Shown here: piece by piece, positions 63,126 through 64,000 of the stretch
Layout of the letters: each line of letters begins with the position of its first letter
Numbering within the stretch: the stretch's first letter is position 1
Position numbers and translations under genes: made by a program
From: Harriotta raleighana
Lineage: Eukaryota
Assembly (NCBI GenBank): GCA_050575255.1
Contig: JBNZDD010013721.1
Span: 7,811,671-7,875,670, forward strand
Length of the DNA stretch: 64,000 bases
Direction: 5' to 3'
Notes under the pieces: generated by a model
The model's input: the letters and a program-made list of their open reading frames with translations, nothing else
Database searches by the model: none
Told to the model about the DNA's origin: nothing

Positions 63126-64000
63126 AAAACCATAAAGAAGCAAATATCAAAACAGCACACTAGCTAAGCAATATATACTTTTTTTTTTAAATTCCATTTT
63201 GATATGGATTACTAGTTTAAAATGAAAATAATAGGAGTGCACAAAGGGTTAGATACTTGAATGAGTCCCAAAGCACGTTATTTATATTCAGTGATATAAA
63301 CATCTTCACCATCACTGCAACTATTGTATATTACCACAGATCAATGGTCATTTTGTAGGCTGCCACATATTTCAGCAGTACAATGGCTCAAATATATTGC
63401 CATAGGTTGTCAAGGCTGATCTAAGTTTAAGAAGTGTGGTCAGTTTTCTAAAATGTCCCAGTTTCCTAGAGCACTAGTAATCACCATTAACTCAGCTGAT
63501 CCTGGTTCTCAGCATCATTCATTGAGAGAGCATTCAGTTATTGATGTTCAAACATTTTCTTATTATTACCACTGACACCAACACAAAACAACTATCTGAT
63601 GTTCCCCAGCTGCTGTACTGGATATTTCTGTGTCAATAAAATTTCACTGAGTGTCCTAAATCAATGTTTTTCTCTGATATATTAAATTGCACTAATTTTA
63701 GCAGTAAGTTTGGTTTTGTGTTCAATGAGCCATTCGGGAATAGAATTAATAGAATTATTTTGCTATGAAAATGCATTGTTATCACAATAATGATGATAAA
63801 CCTTGCATTTGATATAGTTTTCCTTGAGATTACCTGAAGGCAATCATCTATCAAAGTTTCTTTTTACTTTGTGCATACTTAATTACTGTTTCATTCTTGT
63901 TCACCCTCAAAATTTGGCTTCATTTACAGTCTATTACAAATAGAAAAAGATAACACAAAAGCAATAAGCTAAGACCTCTATAGCAACAGTCAAAGAAAAA

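Noticed and set aside
1-64000. CRISPR array, operon, or novel multi-gene system; remaining short ORFs in the track
   Set aside because: The recurring motifs are dispersed, divergent retroposon tails and not regularly spaced repeats. The short ORFs mostly use non-ATG starts and show no recognisable domains.

Overview
AT-rich, essentially non-coding vertebrate DNA. It reads as a large intron or gene desert, most likely from a cartilaginous fish (inferred from the repeat families). No intact protein-coding gene, RNA gene, CRISPR array or prokaryotic feature is supported. The only recognisable protein sequences are decayed LINE ORF2 pieces: an L2 reverse transcriptase at 4921-5862 and CR1 C-termini. 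The window is dense with tRNA-headed SINEs that share an L2-type 3' tail ending in (ATT)n: a younger family in long and short forms, older Deu-domain copies, and three AmnSINE2-like copies. It also holds CR1 and L2 3' fragments and a few decayed palindromic MITE-like elements. Between them lie repeat-poor islands that look like conserved non-coding elements. There is one 239-N gap and three single-N contig joins with duplicated flanks, which are probably artefacts. Items worth follow-up are an in-frame L2/CR1 junction with a target deletion, several candidate small exons or introns, a tail-less SINE head, and recurrent fold-back SINE-tail pairs. I do not see evidence for a new multi-gene system. 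Family names come from recalled consensus sequences, not database searches, and repeat boundaries are approximate.
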